Positions 12,610 through 25,182 of a stretch of 64,000 bases of DNA are shown one piece after another (position 1 is the first letter of the stretch; every line of letters begins with the position of its first letter). Source of the stretch: Octopus sinensis. Taxonomy: Eukaryota. A model generated the notes under the pieces. That model did no database searches, was not told where the DNA came from, and saw only the letters and a list, made by a program, of their open reading frames with translations. The DNA lies in contig NC_043020.1 in the NCBI RefSeq assembly GCF_006345805.1, positions 13,454,001 through 13,518,000 of the forward strand. The letters run 5' to 3'. Position numbers and translations under genes: made by a program.

Positions 12610-12763
12610 TATACTAGCAGTAAAGCCCGGCTTTGCTCGGGATTAAGCTAGGGTCGTGACGAATGTCCTCCTAAAATTTGAGTGACATGCGTGCTAATTT
12701 GTGGATGTGCATAATCTACAATCACGTACATACACACACATCCTGCCTTATATATATACAGAT
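12610..12763 (+). mobile_element. possible Helentron/DINE-1-like non-autonomous rolling-circle element
   Basis: 5' tactagc..cccggctttgctcggg hairpin, internal (CA) repeat and 3' cttatatatatacagat resemble HINE/DINE-1 architecture. Confidence 0.5.
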
Positions 12764-12769
12764 ATATAC

Positions 12770-13056
12770 TCTTACTCTTTTACTTGTTTCAGTCATTTGA
12801 CTGCGGCCATTCTATTGGTCTCTTTTGCCGAACCACTAAGTGACGGGGACGTAAACACACACACACACATATACATATATATACATATATATGACAGGCT
12901 TCTTCCAGTTTCCATCGACCAAATCCACTTACAAGGCATTGGTCGGCCCGGGGCTGTAGCAGAAGACACTTGCCCAAGATGCCACGCAGTGGGATTGAAC
13001 CCGGAACCATGTGGTTGGTTAGCAAGCTACTTACCACACAGCCACTCCTGCGCCTA
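12770..13056 (-). mobile_element. SINE family A with internal deletion
   Basis: Reverse-complement A head and tail. Confidence 0.88.
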
Positions 13057-13373
13057 TATATATTATGGAGATGTACTTGCATAGCAAGTGACTTGATCTG
13101 AGATCGTGTGTTGAAACAAAAACAACTGCAGCGTACACACAAAGACTGTTAGATTCACTTCAACATTTAAATTCAATTTGTCAAAATATTTTTGGCGCTT
13201 TGAAACCACGACCTGTTTGCTGACCAATGCAGCATGGAATTTTGCCAGGAATGGGTCGCGGTTTCAAAGCAACGAAAATATTTTGACAAATTAAATTTAA
13301 ATGTTGAAGTGAATCTAATGGTATTTGTGTGTTTTTAAATGGTTTATAAACACCTTCAACATATATATATATA

Positions 13374-13677
13374 TCACTGTGACCAACCAAGCTATCAAAT
13401 GTTGCTTCACATCGTTGGTCACAATGTGCTTTGCATTGTTTTTGCCTTCAAATGACGCCACCTCACTAGCTAAGCGGAGCAGGCCAACAGAAGAAAGAGT
13501 GAGAGAAAGTTGTGGCAAAAGAGTACAGCAGGGATCACCACCACCCTCTGCCAGAGCCTCATGGAGCTTTAGGTGTTTTCGCTCAATAAACATTCACAAC
13601 ACCTGGTCTGGGAATCAAAACCACAATCCTACAACTGCAAGTCTGCTACCCTAACCACTGGGCCATTGCGCCTCCAC
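13374..13677 (-). mobile_element. SINE family E (C-type tRNA head with alternative tail)
   Basis: Head ggaggcgcaatggcccagtggttaggg shared with C; tail gcacattgtgaccaacgatgtg; further copies at 16498-16645 and 37272-37574. Confidence 0.88.
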
Positions 13678-13693
13678 ACACACACACACACAC

Positions 13694-13731
<38 letters not shown>

Positions 13732-13875
13732 ATATCTTTAATTGCCAACCAAGTGTGCTGTCCTATAAAGGACAGTGCTACTGACGTTTATAGCCCTAGG
13801 AAGACTTCTCCTTCAGCCGGCTATATCTCACTCAGAGATTTAAAATATATATATATCAATAAATAGATAGATATA

Positions 13876-14140
13876 AAACCCAGGACAACATGGGAAGAAG
13901 TATTGAAGGTCGATCTCAAAATGCTGAATCTTACAAAGATGACAGAGGACCGAGATACGTGGTGCATTGGTGTGGGTGCTGGTGCCCTCTTTTGAGTGGT
14001 TGGCACAAGGAAGGGCATCCACCCATAGAAACCAAGCTGAAACAGACTATGGAACTTGGTGTGGGCCCCTGGTCTTGCCAGTTCCTGTCAAGCTGTCCAA
14101 CCCATGCCAGCATGGAAAAGGGACATTAAATGTTGATGAT
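13876..14140 (+). mobile_element. RTE LINE 3' fragment: ORF end plus degenerate D tail
   Basis: Translates KPRTTWEEVLKVDLKMLNLTKMTEDRDTW, homologous to KPRKTWHEVVKHDLQTLDL at 36.1 kb; followed by ggaagggcatcc and gatgat. Confidence 0.8.
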
Positions 14141-14155
14141 AATATATATACTATG

Positions 14156-14630
14156 GGCGCAGGAGTGGCTGTGTGGTAAGTAGCTTGCTAACCAACCACA
14201 TGGTTCCGGGTTCAGTCCCACTGCGTGGCATCTTGGGTAAGTGTCTTCTGCTATAGCCTCGGGCCGACCAATGCCTTGCGAGTGGATTTGGTAGACGGAA
14301 ACTGAAAGAAGCCTGTCGTATATATATATATATATATATTAATGGCGGTGCCCCAGCATGGCCACAGCTCATAAGCTGAAACTAGAATCAATCAATCAAT
14401 CAATCATGTATGTGTGTATGTATTTGTGTGTCTGTGTTTGTCCCCCTAGCATTGCTTGACAACCGATGCTGGTGTGTTTACGTCCCCGTCATTTAGCGGT
14501 TCGGCAAAAGAGACCGATAGAATAAGTACTGGGCTTACAAAGAATAAGTCCCGGGGTCGATTTGCTCGACTAAAGGCAGTGCTCCAGCATGGCCACAGTC
14601 AAATGACTGAAACAAGTAAAAGAGTAAAAG
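14156..14630 (+). mobile_element. SINE family A containing a short tail-only insert at 14342-14395
   Basis: Consensus match; insert ggcggtgccccagcatggccacagc...gctgaaac. Confidence 0.9.
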
Positions 14631-15022
14631 AAATGGACTTCCACACAGTTTCCATCTCCAAATTCACTCACAGGACGTGTGTGTGTGTGTATTAAAGTAT
14701 GAAATTTTATGGAACTCATTTTGCTTTAGGTTCATATATTTTTCGCATTCGTTGTTTCTTTCTCATCACAAGAAAATTATGAAATTGCGAATAAACGAAG
14801 CAAAAAAAAAAAAAACAGAAAAGGAAAAAAAGAAAGAAAAACCTGTTCTAAATCTTTTTATTGTTTACTGCCCCAGAAATGTTGGCTGTTTACATGTCTG
14901 CAATAAATGCTGGAATTTTGCCAAATTACTTCGTCTAAGACATGTGGATGGATCACAGACAAATATATTTTTCAGTATGTGTTGCATATGTTGGAAGGAA
15001 GAGAATGATAATTGTTGTATAG

Positions 15023-15039
15023 GTGGTGGTGGTGGTGCT

Positions 15040-15084
<45 letters not shown>

Positions 15085-15990
15085 AATAGTGGTGATGATG
15101 ATGACGACGATGATAGTAGTGGTGATGATGATGATGATGATGATAGTAGTGGTGATGATGATGATAGTAGTGGTGATGATGATGATGATGATGATAGTAG
15201 TGGTGATGATGATGATGATAGTAGTGGTGATGATGATGATGACGATGATAGTAGTGGTGATGATGATGATGATGATAGTAGTGGTGATGATGATGATGAC
15301 GATGATAGTAGTGGTGATGAGATGATGATAGTAGTGGTGATGTGATGATAGTAGTGGTGATGATGATGATGATGATGATAGTAGTGGTGATGATGATGAT
15401 GATAGTAGTGGTGATGATGATGATGACGATGATAGTAGTGGTGATGATGATGATGATGATGATAGTAGTGGTGATGATGATGATGACGATGATAGTAGTG
15501 GTGATGATGATGATGATAGTAGTGGTGATGATGATGATAGTAGTGGTGATGATGATGATGATGATGATAGTAGTGGTGATGATGATGATGATAGTAGTGG
15601 TGATGATGATGATGACGATGATAGTAGTGGTGATGATGATGATGACGATGATAGTAGTGGTGATGATGATGACGACGATGATAGTAGTGGTGATGATGAT
15701 GATGATGATAGTAGTGGTGATGATGATGATGATAGTAGTGGTGATGATGATGATGATGATGATAGTAGTGGTGATGATGATGACGACGATGATAGTAGTG
15801 GTGATGATGATGATGATGATAGTAGTGGTGATGATGATGATGATAGTAGTGGTGATGATGATGATGATGATGATGATAGTAGTGGTGATGATGATGACGA
15901 CGATGATAGTGGTGATGATGATGACGACGATGGTGGTGGTGGTGGTAGAGGCTGTGTTGCTGATGGTGGTTGGATGGTGGTGGTCATGGT
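15023..15990. repeat. (GAT)n with gatagtagtggt higher-order unit
   Basis: Direct reading; source of the Asp/Ser/Met-rich ORFs. Confidence 0.96.
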
Positions 15991-16429
15991 GGGGATGATG
16001 ATAAATGTTGACAGTATCACCAAGAACACGTCAACAGGGTTTATGGGGAAGTACAATTTTTAATTCAGGAAATTTATATTCAAAATAATAATTTTTTTTT
16101 TTTCCTTTAGCATTGACTTTTATAACTAAAAATTATATTTAAAGCCAAAACTAGTCTACAAATATTCTTTGTTTAATTTTTGGCAATGGTTTACCGAGAA
16201 GGAAAGATTCCAACTGCCATTCCTCCACCTCATCTTCTACTGACTTAGCTATGTAAATTATCTTTTAAATTAAGGAATGATAATAATAATAATAATAATA
16301 ATAATGATATATTTCTTTATTGCCCACAAGGGGCTAAACATAGAGGGAACAAACAAGGACAGACAAAGGGATTAAGTTGATTACATCGACCCCAGTGCAA
16401 AACTGGTACTTTATTGACCCCAAAAGGAT

Positions 16430-17380
16430 GGCCATGATGTACTACCAGGCAGTGGCTCTCATGGCTTCTGATCTTAACTGATTGGAAATGTTATCATGTG
16501 ACCGACCAGGCTATCAGATGTTGCTACACATCACTGGTCACAGTGCGCTTCACTCAAATGAGGCCACCCCACTAGCTAAGCAGGCAGGCCAACAGAAGAA
16601 AGAGTGAGAGAAAATTGTAATGAATTTTCAGAAGGGGTCGCCACCATGTTTTGTCTTGGTATAAAAAAGATGGGCTTCAGCAAATATTCTGCTCAATACC
16701 ACAGATTTGCATGTCAGTTGCTTGATCTTAACCAGTTGAGTATGACCCTTGGTTGCTGACAACGTGTACATCTCTGATCACGAGCAGAAATAGTGGGGGA
16801 GCATCATAGCCATTTGTTGAGAAGCTTGCCTGGCCCCCGTGCCGGTGACACGTAAAAGCACCATCCGTTCGTGGCCGTTTGCCAGCTCTGTCTGGCACCT
16901 GTGCGGGTGGCACGTAAAAAGCACCCACTACACTCACGGAGTGGTTGGCGTTAGGAAGGGCATCCAGCTGTAGAAACACTGCCAGATCTGACTGGGCCTG
17001 ATGAAGCCTTCCAGCTTCACAGACCCCAGTTGAATCGTCCAACCCATGCTAGCATGGAAAACGGACGCTAAATGATCATGATGATGATGATGAATTCTTT
17101 GGGGCTTGAATAATTCATCTCTGGAAACATGGGTGTTTCGTTCATCACCCTTAGACAACCCTTATTCAAGGGCCTTTTGTGCAGGATAGGCTACTCAAAC
17201 TGAGGAAAATTCTAACTGGGTCCTACTTGCAAGGTCATGCGCTGTTTATCTTGAGATGAGATCACCATGTCATATACATATGGTTGTGATGCATGTGCCT
17301 AGTGTACTCTTATCAGACTGGCAGTCATAATGGGTACATTGGGTTTCATATATTTGTATCCCAGTGCCACTTTGATGGCA
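16430..17380 (+). mobile_element. family G element interrupted by E (16498-16645), D (16825-17090) and C2 (17384-17690) insertions
   Basis: Colinear with 2695-2985 (reverse) and 24319-24510; the C2 SINE is flanked by TSD actttgatggc. Confidence 0.7.
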
Positions 17381-17383
17381 TGT

Positions 17384-17690
17384 GGAGGCACATGGCCTAG
17401 TGGTTAGAGCAGTGAACTCATGGTCGAGGGATCGCGGGTTTGAATCTCAGACCGGGCAATGTGTGTGTTTATGAGCAAAACACCTAAGCTCCACGCGGCT
17501 CCGGCAGAAGATAATGGCGAAACTTCTGCTGACTCTTTCACCACAACTTTCTCTCACTCTTTCCTCCTGCATCTTGCAGCTCACCTGCGACGGACTGACG
17601 TCCCATCCAGGTGGGGAACCTACACGCCAAGGAAACTGAGAAACCGGCCCTTATGAGCCAGGCATGGCTCCAGAAGGAACAAACAAGCAA
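17384..17690 (+). mobile_element. SINE family C2 (C head plus a Nin/Deu-like gacgtcccatccagg...gaaac segment)
   Basis: tRNA-like A/B boxes; 11-bp TSD; reverse copy at 42888-43191. Confidence 0.85.
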
Positions 17691-18052
17691 CTTTGATGGC
17701 CTGTGATGTTCTTTCCCCCATCAGTAATTACAGTAATAATGGTTTCAAGCTTTCAATGCAAGGCCAGCAGATTATTTAGGGGAAGAGGGTACTATTCGAT
17801 TAGACTCACCCCAGTACTTGACTGGTACTTTATTTTACTGATTCTGAATAGAGGTAAAGCAAAATTGGCTTTAGAGATTTGAACATAAAGAACCAGAAGA
17901 AATGGTTTGAAGCGTGTTGTCGAACATGTTAATAATTCTACCAGGTTACCTTTTCAATAATAATAATAATAATAATGATGATGATGATGATGATAATGAC
18001 TTCAAATTTTAGTACAAGGCCAGCAAATTTGGGGGAAGGGTATTAGTCAATA

Positions 18053-18380
18053 GGTTTCGATTCCCAGACCGGGCGTTGTGAGTGTTTATTGAGCGAAAAC
18101 ACCTAAAGCTCCACGAGGCTCCGGCAGTGGATGGTGGTGATCCCTGCTGTACTCTTTCACCACAACTTTCTCTCACTTTTTCTTCCTGTTTCTGTTGTAC
18201 CTGTACTTCAAAGGGCCGGCCTTGTCACTCTCTGTGTCACGCTGAATATCCCCAAGAACTACGTTAAGGGTACACGTGTCTGTGGAGTGCTCAACTACTT
18301 ACACGTTAATTTCACGAGCAGGCTGTTCCGTTGGTCGGATCAACCGGAACCCTCATCGTCGTAACCGATGGAGTGCTTCC
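18053..18380 (+). mobile_element. 5'-truncated SINE family C1 inserted in a reverse B2 SINE
   Basis: 11-bp TSD attagtcaata (18042-18052, 18381-18391). Confidence 0.9.
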
Positions 18381-18836
18381 ATTAGTCAATAACATCAACC
18401 CCAGTGTTCAACTGGTACTTATTTTATCAATCCCGAAAGGATGAAAGGCAAAGTTGATTCGTGGTGGAATTCTAACTCAGAACATAAAAGCGGACGAAAT
18501 ACCGCTAAGCATTTTGACCAGCATACTAACAATTCTTATCAGCTTGCCATCTTAATATTAATGGTTTCAAATTTTGGCACAAGACCAACAATAGCAGAGG
18601 AGTGGGTAAGTTGATAACATCAACCACCATTGTTCAATTGTTACTTATTTTATCGACCCTGGTGGAATTTGAACTCAGGATGTAAGGACAGACAAATTGA
18701 GACTAAGCATTTTGCCTCCCATGCTAACAATCCTGCCAGCTTGCTGCCTTAACAATAATAATAATAATAATAATAATGATGATAATAAAATATACAGACT
18801 GATCGTGAACTTCATGCAAGGTAACAAGATATTAAT

Positions 18837-19068
18837 AAGGTGGCGAGCTCGCAGAAACGTTAGCATGCCGGGCGAAATGCTTAGCGGTATTTCGTCTGCC
18901 GTTACGTTCTGAGTTCAAATTCCACCAAGGTCGACTTTGCCTTTCATCCTTTTGGGGTCAATAAATTAAGTACCAGTTACACACTGGGATCGATGTAATC
19001 AACTTAATCCCTTTGTCTGTCCTCGTTTGTCTCCTCTATGTTTAGCCCCTTGTGGACAATAAAGAAAT
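18837..19068 (+). mobile_element. SINE family B1 monomer
   Basis: Consensus match from head to aaagaaat tail. Confidence 0.92.
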
Positions 19069-19431
19069 AAGATATTAATGTTCTGGATAAAGAAGGGGGA
19101 AAAAAGAGTGCATCATCTTAGATGTGGCTGTATCTTATTTCTTTATTGCCCACAAGGGGCTAAACATAGAGGGGACAAATAAGGACAGACAAAGGGATTA
19201 AGTCAATTACATCGACCCCAGTGCGTACCTGGTACTTAATTTATTGACCCCCAAAGGATGAAAGGCAAAGTCAACCTCGGCGGAATTTGAATTCAGAACG
19301 TAACGGCAGACGAAATACCTATTCTATTTCTTTACTACCCACAAGGGGCTAAACACATAGAGGACAACAAGGACAGACAAATGGATTAAGTCGATTATAT
19401 CAACCCCAGTGCGTAACCGGTGCTTATTTAA

Positions 19432-20513
19432 CCCTTTCATTACCAAACCGCCCAAAGCCACCCGAAAAAAATTTTGGTTTATGAAACCAAACTGCCCAAA
19501 GCCGCCCGAATTTACCTATTCATATTTAAATGAGAATATCAGAGCAAATCTCTTCAGTACATTCGTGAAAACACGTATTATACTTCGTAAACAGTTCAAC
19601 TACAGTTTTGTACAATAATCGAAGTGTAATTTTAATTCCGTGAATTTTGGGAGATTTTTTTCCGAAATTTGTTCCTATTGTGTTTTCAAAATTTGTAATT
19701 CTGACAAAAAATGGATACGAATTTCATTATATCAAGCAGCGAGTCAGAATTCGAAGGATTTTCTACTGAAGACCTTCATAAATCTAACTCTATGACTGAA
19801 AAAAAAAAGCACATGGTATTTGATAATGAATTTGATGTTTCATTTTCCAAAAGTGAAAACAGTGAATCTGAGATCTCCGATAGCGATAAAGAAAACGAAT
19901 TGGCACCTGAATGGAGTGAAAATTTAAAAACTGTTTCTTTCGGTGATTTTTCTGCAGAAACTGGACCAAGCCGCAGACTTTCCCAGAAGGGTAAAGACTT
20001 AGGCTATTTCTATTTACTTTTTCGAATGAGCCTATTTGAAATCATTACAGCGAAAACGAACCGTTACGCTAAACGTAAACAAAACGAAAGAAAGGATAGT
20101 TTGTTATTTCCCACAACCTTAAATGAAATTAAGGCCTATTTTGCCATAAATATTATTATGGGTATCAGAAAGTTACCCAGAATAACAAATTCTATCGTAA
20201 AATTTTGTTGTATACCCAATTGAATAATAGCTAATATTTTCTATAGCGATGTTTGAACAAAATTTTAATAATTTTATATTTTGTGGAATTTACCTGTATC
20301 TACCTGCAAATAGAGTCACTTTGTGACAAAAATTATAGTATAGAATTGGTTGAGAATATTTCATTAAATTATCTTCCAAAAATCAGATTAATATATCGAT
20401 AAATAAAAAAGTTATAGTTGTTTAATGAAACCAGACTAAATTTATGATTACGTTAGAAATTAATTGAAACACATAAGGGGTGTAATTTGGTCAGAAATAT
20501 AGTAACGAAAGGG
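19432..20513 (+). mobile_element. piggyBac internal-deletion derivative
   Basis: TTAA at 19428-19431 and 20514-20517; TIR ccctttcattac / gtaacgaaaggg; contains a transposase N-terminal ORF. Confidence 0.92.
19711..20223 (+). pseudogene. truncated piggyBac (PGBD4-like) transposase N-terminus
   Basis: Acidic N-terminus then YFYLLF...EIITAKTNRYA...PTTLNEIKAYFAINIIMGIRKLPRI, typical of piggyBac; no DDD catalytic domain. Confidence 0.88.
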
Positions 20514-21119
20514 TTAATCAACCCCGAAAGGATGAAAGGCAAAGTCGATCTTGGCAGAATTTGAACTCAGAATGTAGCGGCAGACAAAATACCTATTTCT
20601 TTACTACCCACAAGGGGCTAAACACAGAGAGGACAAACAAGGACAGACAAACAGATTAAGTCAATCATATCGACCCCAGTGCGTAACTGGTACTTATTTA
20701 ATCGACCCCGAAAGGATGAAAAGCAAAGTCGACCTCGGCAGAATTTGAACTCAGAACGTAATGGCAGATGAAATACCGCTAAGCATTTCGCCCGGTGTGC
20801 TAACGATTCTGCCAGCTTGCCGCCTTTCTGTGGCTGTATCTATGGACCTGAATGTAAGGATCAAAGTACAGGAGTGTGAGACAGGATGTGTTATTACTCA
20901 CCACCATAACAACATGTAAAATTCAACAAGTAAACGAGAAACACATCCACACTGTACACCAGCAGTTCCCAAAGTGGGCAGTACTGCACTCCTGGGGGAG
21001 CAGTGGAAAAATCCTGGGAGAGGGGTGTTGAAGAGAAGTGGGGTGATAATGTGTTGGCCAGAAAAAGTGGGGCAGTGGATGTATAAACAACAAAATAATG
21101 GGTTAATTAGGTTCAGTTT

Positions 21120-21310
21120 TCATCATCATCATCGTTTAACGTCCGCTTTCCGCGATAGCACGGGTTGGACGGTTTGACCGGGGTCTGGGAAGCCAGGGTC
21201 TGGGAAGCCAGGGGCTGCACCAGGCTCCAGTCTGATCTGGCAGTATTTCTACAGCTGGATGCCCTTCCTAACGCCAACCACTCCGCGAGTGTAGTGGGTG
21301 CTTTTTACAT
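21120..21310 (-). mobile_element. RTE-type 3' tail (family D)
   Basis: Same motifs as 1951-2140. Confidence 0.87.
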
Positions 21311-22073
21311 GAAATAGAGTTGTATTGAACTTACTTCAGAAAGGGGGTCTATGTTTGTGGTGGTGAGTAGGTTCCAAAGGGGGCAGCAGCCCAAAAGAAT
21401 TGCTGGTACAATACAACTATTGTATTGTATCAGCAAGTTTCATCCAAATTCATCCAGTGGTTATATTGTTAGGATGTTTTTATACTAGACTAAGTGTATT
21501 TTGTTTACATGTCTACTTTCTAATAGCACTGTGAGAGTTCTTAAGGGAAGCACTGCAGGAATTTAGGGGTTTAACATGAAGCAATGTAAATAATCAACTG
21601 GATAGGGTTTCATAGACAGATGAAATACTCATCAGTTGAAGGTTTATCACGTAGAGAAGAAAGTGAGATACAAAGGATATCAACCCTGATAATAAAGGAT
21701 CTTGGCAATAAAGGGACACTACAGAGTGAAGAAAGCTGATTAGGAAAGTTATTGAAGATGGAAAATTTAAGATTTTAGTTTGTAATAAAGGGAAAGCTGT
21801 GGGTGGAGGTTAAGAAATATTGGATGGGTTGGTTTCCAATTGACAGGTAATTATAGAAATGGCCAGTTGGAGGTAGATAAATAATTACAATGTACCACCA
21901 ACAAATTAACTTTTGAATTAAATTTTTTTTTTATCTGAGAAATCCAATTCTCATTCAGTGAATTGTAATTACAATTTTCTTTCAATTAATTTTCAAATTA
22001 ATTCATTCTTATTATTCTTAGATTAAACTGGTTATTTCAGTTTTCATTTTAAACATTCTTTAAATTGCCATTT

Positions 22074-22133
<60 letters not shown>

Positions 22134-22473
22134 AGAGAGAGAGAGAGACATACAGACAGAAAGAAAGAGAAAGAAGGAGCTCATGATTGTAATATGTGGG
22201 TGGAAAATTTAAAATATGTGAGAATTTCTCTGAAAGGAATTCTGTGGAAGTTCACTTCCAGATTGTCAGCTGGTTAAACCAATCATATGAAAGCTATATA
22301 TCTTGTGGTTCTACAACGTTCCTGTAGCCTTGGAAACACACATACACACACACACACACACATACATACACACACACGCACACTCCATGGTTCCTTTATT
22401 AGAAATAATAAACTGGCAAAAGAGATTCTTGATTTTATTTCTACAATTTAGTGTCAACCACAGTTTAACATTC

Positions 22474-23046
22474 AATAATAATAATAATAATAATGATAAT
22501 AATAATAATAATAATAATGATGATGATAATAATGATAATAATGATGATGATGATAATGATGATAATGATGATAATAATAATGATAATAATAATGATGATG
22601 ATGATGATGATGATGATAATGATAATAATTATGATAATAATAATGATGATGATAATAATTATAATAATAATAATAATTATAACAATAATTATTATAATGA
22701 TGATGATGATGATAATAATGATGATAATAATAATAATTATTATTATTATGATAATAATGATGATAATAATAATAATTATTATTATTATGATAATAATAAT
22801 AATAATTATTATTATTATTATAATAATGATGATAATAATAATTATTATTATTATTATTATTATTATAATAATGATGATAATAATAATAATTATTATTATT
22901 ATTATAATAATGATGATTATAATAATTATTATTATGATAATAATTATGACGATAATAATGATAATAATTATAATAATAATTATAATGATAATAATGATGA
23001 TAATAATAATAATTATTATTATTATAATAATAATGATGATAATAAT

Positions 23047-23079
<33 letters not shown>

Positions 23080-23080
23080 T
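22474..23080. repeat. (AAT/GAT/TAT)n microsatellite block
   Basis: Direct reading. Confidence 0.96.
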
Positions 23081-23082
23081 AG

Positions 23083-23850
23083 ATAGTGGTTGTGAATATG
23101 GAGGACAAAAAAACCTGTATAATCACAGACATTACATGCTATGGTGATTAGTATCAGAATGCAAAGAGAAGCAGGTGAGACATGATGTTTTAAAGTGGAT
23201 GTCGTTAAAGACGACGTGTACCCTACCTGTTGTTGTTATCATTGGTGTGTTGGGAACTATAAGTATCAAGCTCGCGAAATGAGTGGAAAAAAAAAATTAA
23301 GGGTAAATGTAAAGGCGCAGGAGTGGCTGTGTGGTAAGTAGCTTGCTTACCAACCACATGGTTCCGGGTTCAATCCCACTGCGTGGCACCTTGGGCAAGT
23401 GTCTTCTACTATAGCCTCAGGCCAAGCAATGCCTTGTGAGTGGATTTGGTAGACGGAAACTAAAAGAAGCCCATCGTATATATGTATATATATATATATG
23501 TGCGTGTGTGTCTGTGTTTGACAACCGATGCTGGTGTGTTTATGTCCCCGTCACTTAGCGGTTCAGCAAAAGAGACCGATAGAATAAGTACTGGGCTTAC
23601 AAAGAATAAGTCCCGGAGTCGAGATGCTCGATCAAAGGTGGTGCTCCAGCATGGCCACAGTCAAATGACTGAAAACAAGTAAAAAAAAAAAAATTTTTTT
23701 AAATACCATATCTGCAGCAAGCAGTGCTGCTTGGAATTGCGCCGAATCCTCCGCTGAGTTCTCAAAATCTGAATGAAGAATGTGACCGTTGTTGACGGAT
23801 TGTGAACAGCTGACACTTCATTACATTCTCCAGCAAAATAGTTGTGTTAA
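23083..23850 (+). mobile_element. degenerate R4/Dong REL 3' fragment interrupted by an A SINE (23314-23680)
   Basis: IVVVNMEDKKTCIITDI...VVVIIGVLGTISIKLAK before the SINE, LQQAVLLGIA/RILR*VLKI* after it, then 3'UTR and (TAA)n at about 23850-23870. Confidence 0.75.
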
Positions 23851-23870
23851 ATAATAATAATAATAATAAT

Positions 23871-24520
23871 ATTGACCGGAAGAAAATTCGGATCTTTTCA
23901 GTTTGAACGGCAGTTTTTTAAAAATAATTTCCACGTAACTAAACACTTTTAAACTTCATATACTGATAGAATGTGTTTATATAACATCTTTTTCTCTTGA
24001 CATTATTGAGAAAATTCTATAGTTTGTAAGATATTTGTTTTTTTTTCTTCAATTTCTGCAATTTCAACCAATCAAAGACGTCTATTGAGGTGAAAATATT
24101 ATGTGCCGTATGAATATGTCCCTCGTTTAAGAAACAGTTTGGGTTTATTTACATTTCTGAAGAAAAAAGATACCTTCCCCCCACCCTAGCCCTAACCCTA
24201 ACTAACCCTAACCCTATAACAGATTGAAATGTAATAGATCGATACTAGGGTCATAATTATGGGTGACAATTTCATATGACACCGCTAGAAAAAACTGCCG
24301 TTCAAACCGAAAAGATCCAAAAATTCTAACTGGGCTCCCACCTGCAAAGTCATGCGGTGTTTATCTTGATATGAGATCACCATATCGTGCAAACATGGTT
24401 GTGATGCATGTGCCTAGTGTACCCTTATCAGACGGGTAGTCATGATGGGTATACTGGGCTTCGTATATTTTACCCCAGTGTCACTTTGGTGGCATGCACT
24501 GCTCTCTCACTCTATAATAA
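23871..24520 (+). mobile_element. 5'-truncated family G element between (AAT)n tracts, interrupted by a MITE
   Basis: Homologous to 17200-17380; ends ctctcactctataataataat. Confidence 0.75.
23890..24318. mobile_element. MITE with ~30-bp TIRs and internal (CCCTAA)n; possibly Merlin-like
   Basis: ggatcttttcagtttgaacggcagtttttt / aaaaaactgccgttcaaaccgaaaagatcc; 8-bp TSD gaaaattc / aaaaattc. Superfamily is an inference. Confidence 0.82.
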
Positions 24521-24737
24521 TAATAACAATGATGGTGATGATGATAATACTTTCCACTATAGGCACAATGCCTGCAATTTGGAGGAGGGGTGTTAGTCAA
24601 CTATATCAACCCCAGTGATCAACTGGTACTTAATTCATCGACCTTGGCAGCATTTGAACTCAAAAGATAAAGATGGACAAAATATCGCTAGGCATTTTGT
24701 TTGGTGTGCTAACAATTCTACCAGTTCACTGCCTTAA

Positions 24738-25182
24738 CCCTTTCATTACTGTATTTGTTTTGAGATGCTCTGTGTTTCTCTCAATTATTTTAAATATAAC
24801 AAAGAATTTAATAAAATAACTTAGTTATCATTAAGCCAGTGTTAGGAACAGTAATTGTGACAAAGGCTTGGTGGAATATTTTAATTCAAAACTTATGAAA
24901 ACAAGACACTTTACCACAGAGCCAGAGCCAGTTTTGGCCGGGTTAGTAACAAAAGGGTTAACCCTTTCATTACTGTATTTGTTTTGAGATGCTCTGTGTT
25001 TCTCTCAATTATTTTAAATATAACAAAGAATTTAATAAAATAACTTAGTTATCATTAAGCTAGTGTTAGGAACAGTAATTGTAACTAAGGTTTGGTGGAA
25101 GATTTTAATTCAAAACCTATGAAAACTAGGCATTTGTACTAAAGAGCCAGAGCTGGCTTCAGCCGGGTTGGTAATGAAAGGG
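24738..25182. mobile_element. two piggyBac MITEs in tandem sharing a TTAA
   Basis: TTAA at 24734, 24958 and 25183; ccctttcattac...gtaa(c/t)(a/g)aaaggg ends. Confidence 0.9.

Larger units (their letters stand above)
19136..20828 (-). mobile_element. B1 SINE trimer interrupted by a piggyBac element
   Basis: Three head-to-tail units; 13-bp TSD tgtggctgtatct (19123-19135, 20829-20841). Confidence 0.88.

Noticed and set aside
13755-13845. Minus-strand ctgagtga..tatagc/gctata..aacgtc hammerhead-like segment
   Set aside because: The core spacing is wrong, GAAA is incomplete and stem I does not pair; at best a decayed remnant.
19711-20223. Domesticated PGBD gene
   Set aside because: It lies between intact TIRs and TTAA sites inside a SINE and lacks the catalytic domain, so it is a deletion derivative.
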